NCBI GenBank assembly: GCA_049472315.1
Contig: JBLIRN010000005.1
Span: forward strand, 1 to 64,000
DNA length: 64,000 bases
Direction of reading: 5' to 3'
Source: a bacterium
GTDB lineage: Bacteria > SZUA-182 > DTGQ01 > JAFGSM01
In this document: piece after piece, positions 10,476 through 21,093 of the stretch
How positions within the stretch are numbered: the stretch's first letter is position 1
How the letters are laid out: each line of letters begins with the position of its first letter
Notes under the pieces: model-generated
What the model saw: the letters and a program-made list of their open reading frames with translations, nothing else
The model's database searches: none
Told to the model about the DNA's origin: nothing
Program-made: the position numbers and the translations under genes

Positions 10476-10943
10476 ATGAATGCGACAACACTGAATCTGC
10501 TCAGGGAACTCTCCAGTTCCAATATCGTTTTTCGGGTCAACGCGGCAAAGGAGCTCGGAAAAACGGGCGACAAGGAGGTAGTCCCTGCCCTCATCAAGGC
10601 AACCGATGACAGCAACCACGTGGTGCGCGACAACGCGGCCTTCGCCCTCGGCGAGCTCGGTGATTCGAGGGCGCTTGGTTCCCTGGTGAAGCTTCTCAAG
10701 GATGAACATCCCTGGGTGAGGAAAAGCTCCGCAAAGGCACTGGGATTGCTGCGCGACATCAGGGCGATCCCTGCGCTCGGGCAAATGGTCAACGATCCGG
10801 AGCCCTTGGTAAAGAGGGCTGCTGTGCGTTCCCTCGGGCAGATCGGCGGACCATCGGCGAAACAGTATGTGGAGCCGTTCTTCAATGATGCGAGCTTCAT
10901 GGTAAAAGAAAAGGCGCGGGAGGCCCTGAAAAATCTCGGCTGA
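10476..10943 (+). CDS. HEAT-repeat protein
   Basis: Repeated VRxxAAxALGxLGD units. Confidence 0.9.
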   Translation: MNATTLNLLRELSSSNIVFRVNAAKELGKTGDKEVVPALIKATDDSNHVVRDNAAFALGELGDSRALGSLVKLLKDEHPWVRKSSAKALGLLRDIRAIPALGQMVNDPEPLVKRAAVRSLGQIGGPSAKQYVEPFFNDASFMVKEKAREALKNLG

Positions 10944-11121
10944 TCCCCTCTCCCCCCTTCCTGGAATTCTCCCCGTGTGGTATGGAATCCGTTATTCTCT
11001 CCGTGCATCAAGGCAAAAATTTCAAGCATCATGAGATGCGGGATAGCGGCTGGTTTATGGAAGTGAGGCACTTCCCGGGATTCAGTGGAGGTGTTTCTGT
11101 GGCCCCGTATTTCGGTTCTCC

Positions 11122-11151
11122 TTGACAATGTGGCTCAATACCTTTTAAGCT
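11122..11151 (+). promoter_or_regulatory. Candidate sigma70 promoter
   Basis: TTGACA (11122-27), 18-bp spacer, TAAGCT (11146-51), upstream of ORF 11171. Confidence 0.4.
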
Positions 11152-11170
11152 ATGTACCGGGGTCAGGTGA

Positions 11171-11380
11171 ATGCATCCGCTGGATCGAGAAATAATGATG
11201 TGTTGCCATCATGCGGTTTCCCCTAGAATCGACTTAAGCCGGAGACCTCTAATCCGGGTCGTTTGGAAATGTCCCGAGTGCGGATCGAGACTTGTGCAGA
11301 CTGTGGCTACCCGAGAGGAGGTTACCGTCCTGGAGCTTTCATTCTTGATTAATTCCTATGAGGCGTCATTCGGGGATTGA
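11171..11380 (+). CDS. Small hypothetical protein, possible Zn ribbon
   Basis: CCHH and WKCPECG. Preceded by a promoter-like site and CAGGTG. Confidence 0.4.
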   Translation: MHPLDREIMMCCHHAVSPRIDLSRRPLIRVVWKCPECGSRLVQTVATREEVTVLELSFLINSYEASFGD

Positions 11381-11852
11381 ATCCCTCCGCAGCCGGTGGT
11401 CATTTCATGCTTCGCCGGAGTCCTCCATCTCATTTGTGGCTCAATAGCAGTTACGATGTGTGACGTTACCAGCGATTGCATTTCTATATGCGATCTTGTA
11501 TATTACATATTGGGATTAATCGCACAAGCTTCTCAGGGGGATAGACACTGCTTGAGGATTGCTCAGCCATACATGAGAATCACCTCAAAAAGGGGAGTTT
11601 TCGGGACGGAATCGCAAACCTTTCGCCTTTACCGACGGCATCTGCGACGTCATCTTTCCTCCGATCGCAATCATTGTATCATGGCATAATGTTATATACG
11701 GGCGGATTTCTTCAAACCACTTGAGGCACAGGGAAACAAGGTCCCGGATTATCCCCATCGGGGGCCTTGCGGGTTTCGATCCCGGGTGCCGATGACAATG
11801 ATCCGGTTTGCAGGATAAGGAAAGCGGGGTCCTTTCGGAGGAGGCGGATACC

Positions 11853-12365
11853 ATGTCGTATCAGGACATGGAGCGAAACGAAAATACCTGTGATCGCTGC
11901 ACTGGGGAATTGAGTGCGGAACCCTTTGGGAAGACCAGGGTGGTCCTGGTAAACTGCTCCGATGCGGAACGCGAATCCATCAGGAGGATTATCGAGAGGG
12001 ACGCCGGTATCAGTGTCATCGGCATGGCCAGAAATGAGCATGAGGCACGGCGCATGATAAGGAATCTTGATCCGGATCTCGTGATCATGGATATTCTGGA
12101 CCCCGAATCCGGAGGGATCGGTTTCCTGAGAAGACTGCATCATTTTTGCCCCAAACCGGTCATTTTGTTAAGCCCCATGAGCAAAATGACCTTCTCCCTG
12201 GTTTTGTCCGCATTCAAGGTGGGCGCCTACGAGATCATCGATAAGGAGAACCTCGATCTTTTCGATAGGCTTCCCTCCTCACGGGACCTTTTTCTTGCCA
12301 AGATAAAGAGGATCGCCTCACAATTCTCCACCCGGGTGCCCAAGGATAGCATGGTTTTTCATTAG
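11853..12365 (+). CDS. Stand-alone receiver domain (CheB-type receiver, no methylesterase domain)
   Basis: ISVIGMARN, PDLVIMDI, PKPVILLS and GAYEIIDK. RBS GGAGGAGG. Confidence 0.8.
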   Translation: MSYQDMERNENTCDRCTGELSAEPFGKTRVVLVNCSDAERESIRRIIERDAGISVIGMARNEHEARRMIRNLDPDLVIMDILDPESGGIGFLRRLHHFCPKPVILLSPMSKMTFSLVLSAFKVGAYEIIDKENLDLFDRLPSSRDLFLAKIKRIASQFSTRVPKDSMVFH

Positions 12366-12717
12366 GCCTCGTGTCTTCGGCCATATTCCCATACCCCCGC
12401 TCTTGTGCTGAATACGCCCCTGCCGTGGTGCATCCTCACCTCAAGCACAGTAAGGTTCAAACGTCACCATCGTCTTATTAAAGGTGACATGATGAGGCAT
12501 GGTTCCGGAGTCTCCTCTTCCTGTTTCACTTCCCCCATTCAAGGCCTTTATATGATATCGTTGTGCATGACCGATGCCCTGGGGCATCGCATTCCGTTCT
12601 TTCATGCGGGTTCCCTTCCCTCAAGGGGGGTGGTATAGACAACGCATCGAGAGTATTCCGCACTGGCGGTCCTTTCTATCATCCTATCGTTTAAACAAAA
12701 AACCGGGGGGGAATACC

Positions 12718-15387
12718 ATGAAAAGATGTGTTTGGCTACTGGGCGTCGTCGTTCTCATCTATGCCCTGCTTTTTCCGTTGCAGGGGAGCGCCCGGGCGTT
12801 TACCTCATCATATTCCGACTTTTACGGCTTTTTTAAATCACCGTCCTCCTTGTATGCGCCGTTCCAATTCAACCACTCCTATTCGTCTTCATTCTGGAGG
12901 GGCGCTTCCAACTACCAGAATTCGTTCGGGTATCTGAACAAATACCAATATGGTTCGTTCGGGGGGACCTCCTGTATCGATTCACTCTTCGGCTACCGGT
13001 TTCCCTTTTCGAGCATAAGCCCTTCTACGTTTACATCTCCGTTCAAATGTGCCTCTTCGGCCTCCTGCTCATATTCAAATAAATGGCTTCCTGCCATTCC
13101 CGTTGTGTCACCTTCCCAAAAGGCGCCACGGTCTCCACGACTCGAGTATAGGGTTGAAACGGATGCAACCGTGTACGATCCGCATGAAACGGTCTCCATA
13201 ACCTTTGGGGCGACAAACAAGGGGGATGAGGCAGTAGATATCGAGTTTGCCTCGGGGAAACAATTCGACGTAATCATTGCCAATGACGAAGGGGGGGACG
13301 TCTACCAGCACTCCCTGCATATGGATTATGTTGATGCGGAAACCACCCTCACCATCAATCCTGGGGAAACAAAGGTCTTTGAGGCGCAATGGGACCAGAG
13401 GGACGATGAGGGTGAATGGGTGCCCCTGGGCTCCTATACCATCCGGGCATTTTTGACCCCCAAGGACACGCAATATAAGAAGGTCGCGTTTGCCCACATC
13501 GGCATCAGGGAGCTTCCGACATTCACGGATTGCGAGGAATTGTGGGAAAAGCTCAAGGAAGCCCGGGTGTGCAAGAAATCCCCCGTCGTTAAAACCTATT
13601 CACCCGTCATCCCCTGGTACACGCCCTTGTTCGGCGGTTATACCTACACATCGTATGGAATGGCAATGAACTATGCCGTGGGAAGCTATGGCGGTGGGTA
13701 CTCTTACACCCCTCAGTCATCCAGCAGCACTTCCGACACCACTGAATACTCGACCACCAATACCCAGGTGTCAGGCGTGGATGAGGCGGATGTGGTCAAA
13801 AACGACGGTTCCTATATCTACACGATCAAGGGGGATACGGTGAGGATCGTGAGCGCGCTCACCGTTGGCGATCTCGAAGAGGTGGGGAGCATAGCATTTG
13901 AGAATACGAGATTCACACCGGAGCAGCTCTATGTGGACGGCGATATCCTGGTGGTCATCGGAAAGGAAACACGCACCAGTCCCTTCTATTATCCCAAGTG
14001 GCATCCGAAGCGATACAAGATCTTTTATTACCCGAGGGCCTCGTATACGCGCGTGTACATTTATGATATCACAGACAGGGCGAACCCCGAGATGACGAGA
14101 ACGGTTAAGTTCGAGGCGCGCTTTCTCCAATCAAGGAAGGTGGACACCACCCTCTACCTGGTCATGGACGCACAACCTCCCTATTGCATGCTGGATAAAG
14201 ACTTGAGCGATCCGAGCGTCCTCCTCCCGATCTTCAGTGATTCCAGCATAGATGGCGAGGACGAGGGGCAGGCGGTCGTGGATTGCTGCCAGGTCGCCTT
14301 TTTCCCGGGGTACACGGAGCCGAACTACCTGGTCGTGGCGGCGATCCCTGTTCATGACCGTACGAAAGAGATCGGACGGACCCTGATCCTGGGAAGGAGC
14401 GAAAACGTCTTCTGCTCGAGGGAAAATCTCTATGTGACCAGCTCGAGCTACCTGGATGAGGGATTTGCCATTCCCTCGCCGGAGAACCCGAAGGTCATCA
14501 TTCGGCCATCCTTCAGGAGCAGCCAGGGCACCATCATCTACAAGTTTGCCTTAAGCGGCGAGTCCGTGGAGTATGTGGGCAAGGCGATTGTGGCGGGCAG
14601 GGTCATCGATCAATTCTGCATGGACGAATGCGACGGCCATTTCAGTATCTTCACGACAACATCATCACCCACGAGCAACAACCTCTACGTGCTCGACGCC
14701 GATTTGAGGCTTGCGGGTGTCCTGGAGGGATTCGGCGATGGGGAGCGGATCAAGTCCGTCAGGTTCATGGAAGATCGGGCCTATGTGGTTACCTACCGGG
14801 TCATCGATCCCTTTTTCGTCGTCTCGCTTGAGGACTATACACACCCGGAGATCCTTGGGGAACTCAAGATATCCGGATACACGGAATACCTGCATCCCTA
14901 TGACCTGAACCATATCGTGGGATTCGGCAGGGAGGTCCAGAATAACAGGGAACTCGGGTTGAAGATCTCCCTGTTCGAGGTGACCGATGTGACCAATCCT
15001 GTTGAGCTGCACACGGAGGTGATCGGGGACGCAGGCTCGGACTCCGAGGTGCTCAAGGATCACAGGGCATTGCTCTTCAGCGCACCGAGGCATATCATGG
15101 CATTTCCGGTCACGGTGACCGAGAGGCGATCGAATTGCTGCTGCTGTTACAAATATGTGTTCCAGGGCGCCTACTTCTATTACATCGATGAATTCGGTTT
15201 TGAATTTGAGTCACAACAGACCCATTGCGAGGAGGGCACCTTCCCCTCCACGTGCCTTAGTCCCACGGACGAGTTAATAAGGAGGGTCCTTTACATCGAT
15301 GATCAATTCTATACCGTCTCCGAGGGCATGATAAAGGCGTTCGATATGGAGACCTATGACGAGACGGATATGCTCGTGCTGGACTAA
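12718..15387 (+). CDS. Secreted beta-propeller-domain protein with a BsuPI-like Ig domain and low-complexity S/Y/F/G segments
   Basis: Signal peptide; FASGKQFDVII...AQWDQRDDEG (BsuPI-like); YSTTNTQVSGVDEADVVKNDG, ERIKSVRF and LGELKISGYTEYLHP (Beta_propel family). Confidence 0.85.
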   Translation: MKRCVWLLGVVVLIYALLFPLQGSARAFTSSYSDFYGFFKSPSSLYAPFQFNHSYSSSFWRGASNYQNSFGYLNKYQYGSFGGTSCIDSLFGYRFPFSSISPSTFTSPFKCASSASCSYSNKWLPAIPVVSPSQKAPRSPRLEYRVETDATVYDPHETVSITFGATNKGDEAVDIEFASGKQFDVIIANDEGGDVYQHSLHMDYVDAETTLTINPGETKVFEAQWDQRDDEGEWVPLGSYTIRAFLTPKDTQYKKVAFAHIGIRELPTFTDCEELWEKLKEARVCKKSPVVKTYSPVIPWYTPLFGGYTYTSYGMAMNYAVGSYGGGYSYTPQSSSSTSDTTEYSTTNTQVSGVDEADVVKNDGSYIYTIKGDTVRIVSALTVGDLEEVGSIAFENTRFTPEQLYVDGDILVVIGKETRTSPFYYPKWHPKRYKIFYYPRASYTRVYIYDITDRANPEMTRTVKFEARFLQSRKVDTTLYLVMDAQPPYCMLDKDLSDPSVLLPIFSDSSIDGEDEGQAVVDCCQVAFFPGYTEPNYLVVAAIPVHDRTKEIGRTLILGRSENVFCSRENLYVTSSSYLDEGFAIPSPENPKVIIRPSFRSSQGTIIYKFALSGESVEYVGKAIVAGRVIDQFCMDECDGHFSIFTTTSSPTSNNLYVLDADLRLAGVLEGFGDGERIKSVRFMEDRAYVVTYRVIDPFFVVSLEDYTHPEILGELKISGYTEYLHPYDLNHIVGFGREVQNNRELGLKISLFEVTDVTNPVELHTEVIGDAGSDSEVLKDHRALLFSAPRHIMAFPVTVTERRSNCCCCYKYVFQGAYFYYIDEFGFEFESQQTHCEEGTFPSTCLSPTDELIRRVLYIDDQFYTVSEGMIKAFDMETYDETDMLVLD

Positions 15388-15483
15388 GGTCCGGACAGGC
15401 ACGCATGCCGTGTTGTTACGTCACAAGGCATGAGAATATATTTTTCAATAAGATATGTGCTGTTTTCGTAATAAGGTTCAAGG

Positions 15484-15513
15484 AAAGGGCCGGCGTTCGC
15501 GCCGGCCCTTTTC
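15484..15513. terminator. Bidirectional intrinsic terminator
   Basis: AAAGGGCCGGCG-TTCG-CGCCGGCCCTTTT lies between convergent genes. Confidence 0.85.
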
Positions 15514-15531
15514 ATGACGTTTCAGCTATCC

Positions 15532-16317
15532 TTAGCCCGCAGACTGGAGAGGGCTTCCTGCAGGGTGCGATGCGGTCGAGATGCAAAAACCGGTAAGGAG
15601 ACACATCTCGAGATATTCGAATTCGATCGGTTTCAGTATGTAATCAAGAGCCCCTAATTTCATGGCCTGCTTTGCAATCGCCTCATCCTCGACCCCGGTT
15701 ATCATAATGACGCCTATTCGGTCATCGATTTCCTTGATCTTCTTTAATGCCATTAATCCATTCATCCCGGGCATATTTACATCCAGAAGGACCATTACCG
15801 GTTTCAGCATCCGTGCCTTTTCGATCCCTTCCTCACCGCTTGTGGCGATTACAGGGGAAAGGCGATGATTGATCAAATAATGCTCGAGCATGGAACAGAT
15901 TTTAATCTCGTCATCCACGATCAAAATCCTGTCATTTTCGCCTCCAGCCGCATCTAACCTCACCCCCAAAATCCTGTCAAACGATTCGGAAAGGCGCTCC
16001 GGGTCTTTTTCCTTAGGCAGGATGCCGTATGCCCCGTTCAATCGGGCCTGCCACTCCAGATCGCGATCATCCCGTGAAGAAATCATTATGATTTTTGTTC
16101 TAATATCCTGTTCCTTGAGTGTCTTCAACACCTCGATCCCCTGCGATTCGGTCCCTATATCAAGCAGTATGAGATCGAATGGTAACTCCCTCAATGTATC
16201 AAGCCTTTCGTTTGAGAAAGGAGCCGTGAATATTTTATACCCCTTTCGTTCAAGAAGATCGTAATACATCTTGTGTGCATGCTCATTGTCAGTCATTATG
16301 ATGGCGTTTTTTTCCAT
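15532..16317 (-). CDS. Dual receiver-domain response regulator
   Basis: Two REC domains (FDLILLDI; ILIVDDE...VLLDVNMPGMNG...DYILKP). Confidence 0.9.
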   Translation of the reverse strand: MEKNAIIMTDNEHAHKMYYDLLERKGYKIFTAPFSNERLDTLRELPFDLILLDIGTESQGIEVLKTLKEQDIRTKIIMISSRDDRDLEWQARLNGAYGILPKEKDPERLSESFDRILGVRLDAAGGENDRILIVDDEIKICSMLEHYLINHRLSPVIATSGEEGIEKARMLKPVMVLLDVNMPGMNGLMALKKIKEIDDRIGVIMITGVEDEAIAKQAMKLGALDYILKPIEFEYLEMCLLTGFCISTASHPAGSPLQSAG

Positions 16318-16367
16318 TTTTTCCCCCTTGTTTCCTTCCCCCTTGCGGTGCCGAATCCTTTTCCGGT

Positions 16368-17792
16368 TTATTCAACTAAGATCCCGTTCTCGTTTATGTG
16401 CCTGCTCTTGCTATCGACGGGGAGCCGTATGATGAATGCCGTGCCCTCACCCTCATTGCTCTCAACCGTTATCGAGCCCCCATGGGCCTTTACGATATCG
16501 TAGGTGATCTTCAGACCAAGGCCGGTCCCTACCCCGACCGGCTTGGTGGTGAAAAAGGGATCGAATATTTTCGTCAGATTCTCCTTCGGAATCCCGACGC
16601 CGTTATCTTTGAAATGCAATTCTATCCATTCGCCGGGCTTCCTTGGGTTGTTTCGTATGTGTTTTGTTACAATGGTAATCGTGCCGTTTTCTTTGATCGC
16701 TTGAGCGGCGTTTGTAATGATATTCATGAAAGCCTGGCTCATCTTCTGTACAAAACAGCTTGTGTGTGGCAGTTCCCCGTATTCCTTGACTATCTTTGTC
16801 TTATACTTGAGTTCGTTCCTGAGGATGGTGAGGGTTGCATCAATCACCTCGTTGAGATTGACGGATTCGACATCCTCCTCGTTCACCCTGGCGAAGCTTT
16901 TGAGGTCCTTTACGATCTTGCTGACCCTGTGCGTACCTTCCAGGGATTCGTCAATCAATTTTCCGATATCATTGAAAATGAAATCGATCTTCTGCTTATC
17001 CCAGAGGGCGCAGGTATCCTCGATGAAATGAAGTATCGCGGATTTTTTTTCATTCTTGAGCCCCTCTATTTCACGGAACCTTTTGAGGAGCGTTATCATG
17101 TTGTTCGTAAACATTTTCAGTGCTGCAAGATTGCTGTTGACAAAGGCTATGGGATTATTGATCTCATGGGCGATCCCTGTGGCAAGGAGGCCGATTGAAG
17201 CCATTTTGTCCGACTGGATGAGCATGGTCGTCTGTTCCCCCACCTTTTTTTCCAGATTCTTGTTCATATCTTCCAGATCTTCCTGTGCCTTTGTAAGATC
17301 CTGGGTGAGCATTTCCATCCTGTGTTCGAGGCTCCACTGCTTGCAAAATGCCCGTGCGAACTGCCTGATTTCCTCGGGATTAAACGGCTTATGAAGATAA
17401 AAGATGTCATCACGACCGGCGACCATAACGAAATCCTCGGGAAGATAATCACTGTATCCTGTGACGATGGCAATCTTTATGTGCGGATCTATCTGCCACA
17501 TCCAGGCCACCGTCTCCGCCCCGTTGAGTCCGGGCATCTTCAAATCGACGAAGGCGGCTGCAAAGGGGTTCCTCCCTTCAAGGGATTTTTTTACCTTGCT
17601 GATACCCTCCTCCCCGCTTTGGGCAAGCGTGATATCATAGCAGTAGCTCGCATGGGATTTGCCGAAGGGATTCAACCCCTGAAAAAAGAGGGGCCCCTTC
17701 GACACGGAGCCCGCAGTGGACAGGATAAGCTGATACATGTTTCTGATTCCCGGATCATCATCGATCACAAGGATTTTGCTGTTGGTTAGCAT
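16368..17792 (-). CDS. REC-histidine kinase (hybrid)
   Basis: N-terminal REC, H-box AHEINNP, G-boxes DNGVG and GTGLGL. Confidence 0.92.
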   Translation of the reverse strand: MLTNSKILVIDDDPGIRNMYQLILSTAGSVSKGPLFFQGLNPFGKSHASYCYDITLAQSGEEGISKVKKSLEGRNPFAAAFVDLKMPGLNGAETVAWMWQIDPHIKIAIVTGYSDYLPEDFVMVAGRDDIFYLHKPFNPEEIRQFARAFCKQWSLEHRMEMLTQDLTKAQEDLEDMNKNLEKKVGEQTTMLIQSDKMASIGLLATGIAHEINNPIAFVNSNLAALKMFTNNMITLLKRFREIEGLKNEKKSAILHFIEDTCALWDKQKIDFIFNDIGKLIDESLEGTHRVSKIVKDLKSFARVNEEDVESVNLNEVIDATLTILRNELKYKTKIVKEYGELPHTSCFVQKMSQAFMNIITNAAQAIKENGTITIVTKHIRNNPRKPGEWIELHFKDNGVGIPKENLTKIFDPFFTTKPVGVGTGLGLKITYDIVKAHGGSITVESNEGEGTAFIIRLPVDSKSRHINENGILVE

Positions 17793-18190
17793 GAATCCTG
17801 ATCCTGATCCCCCTCCCTATCGGCCTTAAGAAAGGCCATCTCCTTTATTTTCGCGCAAATGAGATCATAATCGTCGGGCTTGGTATAGTATGCCTTGATG
17901 GCGTGCGTTTGAATGATACAGTCGTTCTTCATCCCGGGAAAGGCTGAATAGATTATCACGGGGGTGGTGCGGTCATCCTTTCGAATCTGCTCTATGAGCT
18001 CGAGGCCGTGCGTATCCGGCATTTTTATGTCGGTCACGACGAGGTCCATGGGCGTCGATGAGAGGAGGTCCAGGGCCTCCTTGGCGTTTTCCGCCGTGTA
18101 AATCGTTATGGGCTCATTAAAAAATATCCTTGAAAATGAATTCAAAACATTCCGCTCGTCATCCACGAAGAGTACCTTGAATTCAGACAT
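17786..18190 (-). CDS. Single-domain response regulator
   Basis: VLFVDDE, VVTDIKMPD and YYTKP. Confidence 0.9.
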   Translation of the reverse strand: MSEFKVLFVDDERNVLNSFSRIFFNEPITIYTAENAKEALDLLSSTPMDLVVTDIKMPDTHGLELIEQIRKDDRTTPVIIYSAFPGMKNDCIIQTHAIKAYYTKPDDYDLICAKIKEMAFLKADREGDQDQDSC

Positions 18191-18209
18191 TGCCTTGTCT
18201 CCCGTTGTT

Positions 18210-20708
18210 TTATACCCTTGCTTCAATTTGTGTTTCCAGCGCCTCGCGTATCGATTTGAGCAGCTCGTCCAAATCGTAGGGCTTCTGGAAGAAACGATAC
18301 CTGCGTTTTTGTATTTCCACGTAATGCGACTTTTCGTCGGTATAGCCGCTGCACAGGACCACGGCTATGTTCGGGTTCTTGAGCAGGATATGGCTGACCA
18401 TCTGGAGGCCGTTGATATCGGGTAATACCACGTCACTCAAAACCAGATGAAAATCCCCCCGTTCATATTCAAATATATCCATCGCCTCCTGTGCACTCCC
18501 CGCCGCCTTGACCATGTAGCCGCACTCCTGGAGCGTTCGTGAGACAAGGGTACGTACCCCTTGATCGTCCTCGACAAAGAGGACCCTTTCACCATTTCCA
18601 TGCAGTGCCCCGGATTCAAGCGAACTGCCGGCGTCATCCGCATGAGCTGATTTTTCATCCAGTATCGGCAGGTACACCTTGAAGATTGCACCCTTACGCG
18701 GCTCGCTCTCCGCCGTTATCCACCCATCATGCTGCTGTACTATCCCGTACACAACCGACAGGCCGAGCCCTGTGCCCTTCCCCAGGCCCTTGGTAGTGAA
18801 GAATGGCTCGAAAATCCGCGCCTTGACATCCTCATCCATTCCGATTCCGGTGTCGGACAGCGACAGGCAGAAATACCTGCCTGGCCGGGCACCGGGATAA
18901 ACAGCGCACATGGCCTCATCGATCCATTCCGATCCGGTGCTGATCATGAGCACGCCGCCATCGGGCATGGCGTCCCTTGCATTGACCGTAAGGTTCATGA
19001 TGACCTGTTCAATGTGACCTGGATCGGCCTTAACGTATCCATTCCCGTATTCCAGGTTCTTAACGAGCTTGATGTCCTCGCCGATGATGCGGCGCAGCAT
19101 CTTTTCCATGTTTTCAACCACGAGGTTGAGATCCATCACCATCGGCTGAAACACGTCCTTTCTGCTGAATGCAAGAAGCTGCTGGGTAAGCAATGCCGCC
19201 TGATTGCCCGACGTATAGATCTCCTTTGCAAATTTATGCACCTGGTTTTCCGGGTCAAAGAGCCGCATCAACTGGTAGCTGTATCCGTTGATGATGGTGA
19301 TGATGTTGTTGAAGTCGTGGGCGATCCCTCCGGCGAGCGTCCCGACCGCCTCCATCTTCTGCGAATGACGGAGCTGCTCCTCGCTCTTCCTGAGGGCGTC
19401 CTCCGCCTGCTTCTGTTCGGTGATATCGATCATCGATCCGATTATCTCGACGGGATTCCCCTGTTCATCCTTCATCACGATCATCTCGTCACATATCCAG
19501 CGATATGTCAGGTTCTTGTGCAAAAAGCGGTACTTGACCGCATGCTGTCCCTTTTTAAGACACGCGCCCAGCATTTCAATGGCAGTCCTCAGGTCAGCCG
19601 GGTGTATATGCGATTCCCAAAAATCCGGGACCGCCATGAACTCCTCCCGGTCATATCCGAGCTGCGAGCAGATATTCTCGCTTATATACCGTATCGGGAA
19701 ATCCGCATGTGCCTCCCGTGTGTAGATTACCGCAGGCGAGGATTTGAGGATGTATTCCAACTGTCTCTTTGTGGCGGACAGGTCCTCCTGTGCGTGTTTC
19801 CGCTCCAGGTGTATGGTAATCATCTCGGAAATCACCCGAAGTGCCCGTATTTCCTTGCCGGACCACATCCGGCATTTCTCCGTATCGTCAAATCCCATGA
19901 ACCCGGATACCGTCCCGCCCATCGAGTTTATGGGGACCACAATGAGGGATCGTATATCCTGGGCCGTGAGGATCTCCTTTTCAGCGCCTGCCTCCGGCGG
20001 AAGGGCGTCCACATCGGGGATGATGATATCCTCGTTGTTCCTGAGCTTTTCCATCCACCATGGAACCATGGCTGCATCGATGTCCTGAAGGTTTTCGATC
20101 TGGGGGGTGGTGCCTTCCGTGCACCATTCGTGGGTGTTGTCCATTTTCAGGTCATTTTCCCGAAACTGAAAGATATAGGCCCTGTTGGCCCCGATCGCCT
20201 CCCCCAGCGTCCTGAGGATCTCGGTGTAATCCACATCCCCGGCGGTGAAGAAGAGCCGGGATGCCTTCGATATTCCCTCCTCTATCCGGTGATGGGCCAT
20301 GATCCTCTGCTCCGCCGCCTTCCGGTCGGTTATGTCGATCAGGCTCAAAACGACTCCGATAACCGCACCTTCGACGTCGCGGTAGGGTACGGCACTGACG
20401 CGGAGGGATCTCTCCCCGCCTTTTGAAACCGCCTTTGTGATCTCGAAGTCACACCTGTGTGCACCCGAGAGTATTTTCTTCAAGGGGCAATGAGGGGGCT
20501 TGCAGGCAGTGCAGAACCCCGAGTCAAGGATGCGGTCGCACCGCTTCCCCTCGACGTCCCCCCTTTTTACCTTGAAAAGGGCACAGAAGGTATCATTGAC
20601 CCGCAGTATGGTATGATTTTGATCGATGACGCACAGCGGGGCAGCGGCATTGAATATCTGATTGAGATCGTTATCCCTTCTCTTCAACCCGGATGTCTCT
20701 TTCATCAT
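18210..20708 (-). CDS. PAS-GAF-PAS hybrid histidine kinase
   Basis: PAS/PAC, GAF (NTHEWC), AHDFNN, NARDAM, GTGLGL and a C-terminal REC. Confidence 0.95.
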   Translation of the reverse strand: MMKETSGLKRRDNDLNQIFNAAAPLCVIDQNHTILRVNDTFCALFKVKRGDVEGKRCDRILDSGFCTACKPPHCPLKKILSGAHRCDFEITKAVSKGGERSLRVSAVPYRDVEGAVIGVVLSLIDITDRKAAEQRIMAHHRIEEGISKASRLFFTAGDVDYTEILRTLGEAIGANRAYIFQFRENDLKMDNTHEWCTEGTTPQIENLQDIDAAMVPWWMEKLRNNEDIIIPDVDALPPEAGAEKEILTAQDIRSLIVVPINSMGGTVSGFMGFDDTEKCRMWSGKEIRALRVISEMITIHLERKHAQEDLSATKRQLEYILKSSPAVIYTREAHADFPIRYISENICSQLGYDREEFMAVPDFWESHIHPADLRTAIEMLGACLKKGQHAVKYRFLHKNLTYRWICDEMIVMKDEQGNPVEIIGSMIDITEQKQAEDALRKSEEQLRHSQKMEAVGTLAGGIAHDFNNIITIINGYSYQLMRLFDPENQVHKFAKEIYTSGNQAALLTQQLLAFSRKDVFQPMVMDLNLVVENMEKMLRRIIGEDIKLVKNLEYGNGYVKADPGHIEQVIMNLTVNARDAMPDGGVLMISTGSEWIDEAMCAVYPGARPGRYFCLSLSDTGIGMDEDVKARIFEPFFTTKGLGKGTGLGLSVVYGIVQQHDGWITAESEPRKGAIFKVYLPILDEKSAHADDAGSSLESGALHGNGERVLFVEDDQGVRTLVSRTLQECGYMVKAAGSAQEAMDIFEYERGDFHLVLSDVVLPDINGLQMVSHILLKNPNIAVVLCSGYTDEKSHYVEIQKRRYRFFQKPYDLDELLKSIREALETQIEARV

Positions 20709-21093
20709 TGCATGGGTGTAACGCCTTTACCTGATCCTTACCCTCATCGCCCAACCCCTTTTTTGTTTTCATGGGGCATTCGGAACCGTATACGGGTCCT
20801 TGCCGCCTCATGTGAGAGGATCATTTTTTACCTTCTCCGGCATATTGTTTAGATCGTTATCCTTGTCGAAAATGATCGGAATCGGCATTTTCCCTCGTGT
20901 GAAAGAGCCGCAGGGAGGCTTGCCTGTTTCACTTGAAACCGCTTGATAATCAATCGCTTGTCATGCCATGGGAACCGGACGGCAGGCTCGATTAGCTTAA
21001 CCGTCCCGTAATGTCCGAAAAATAATTATGGATCGACTTCCCATTCGATCCGGCCATAACCCGGCAGAAAAAATCAAACGAGGATTCCCGCGT

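Noticed and set aside
11770..11790. T-arm-like hairpin as a tRNA gene
   Set aside because: No D-arm, anticodon arm, 7-bp acceptor stem or CCA. Kept only as a candidate structured leader.
18729..20426. 565-aa + strand ORF, and similar long ORFs at 41346-42758, 41786-43393 and 54220-55425
   Set aside because: These are antisense shadows of well-supported GC-rich genes and have no motifs of their own.
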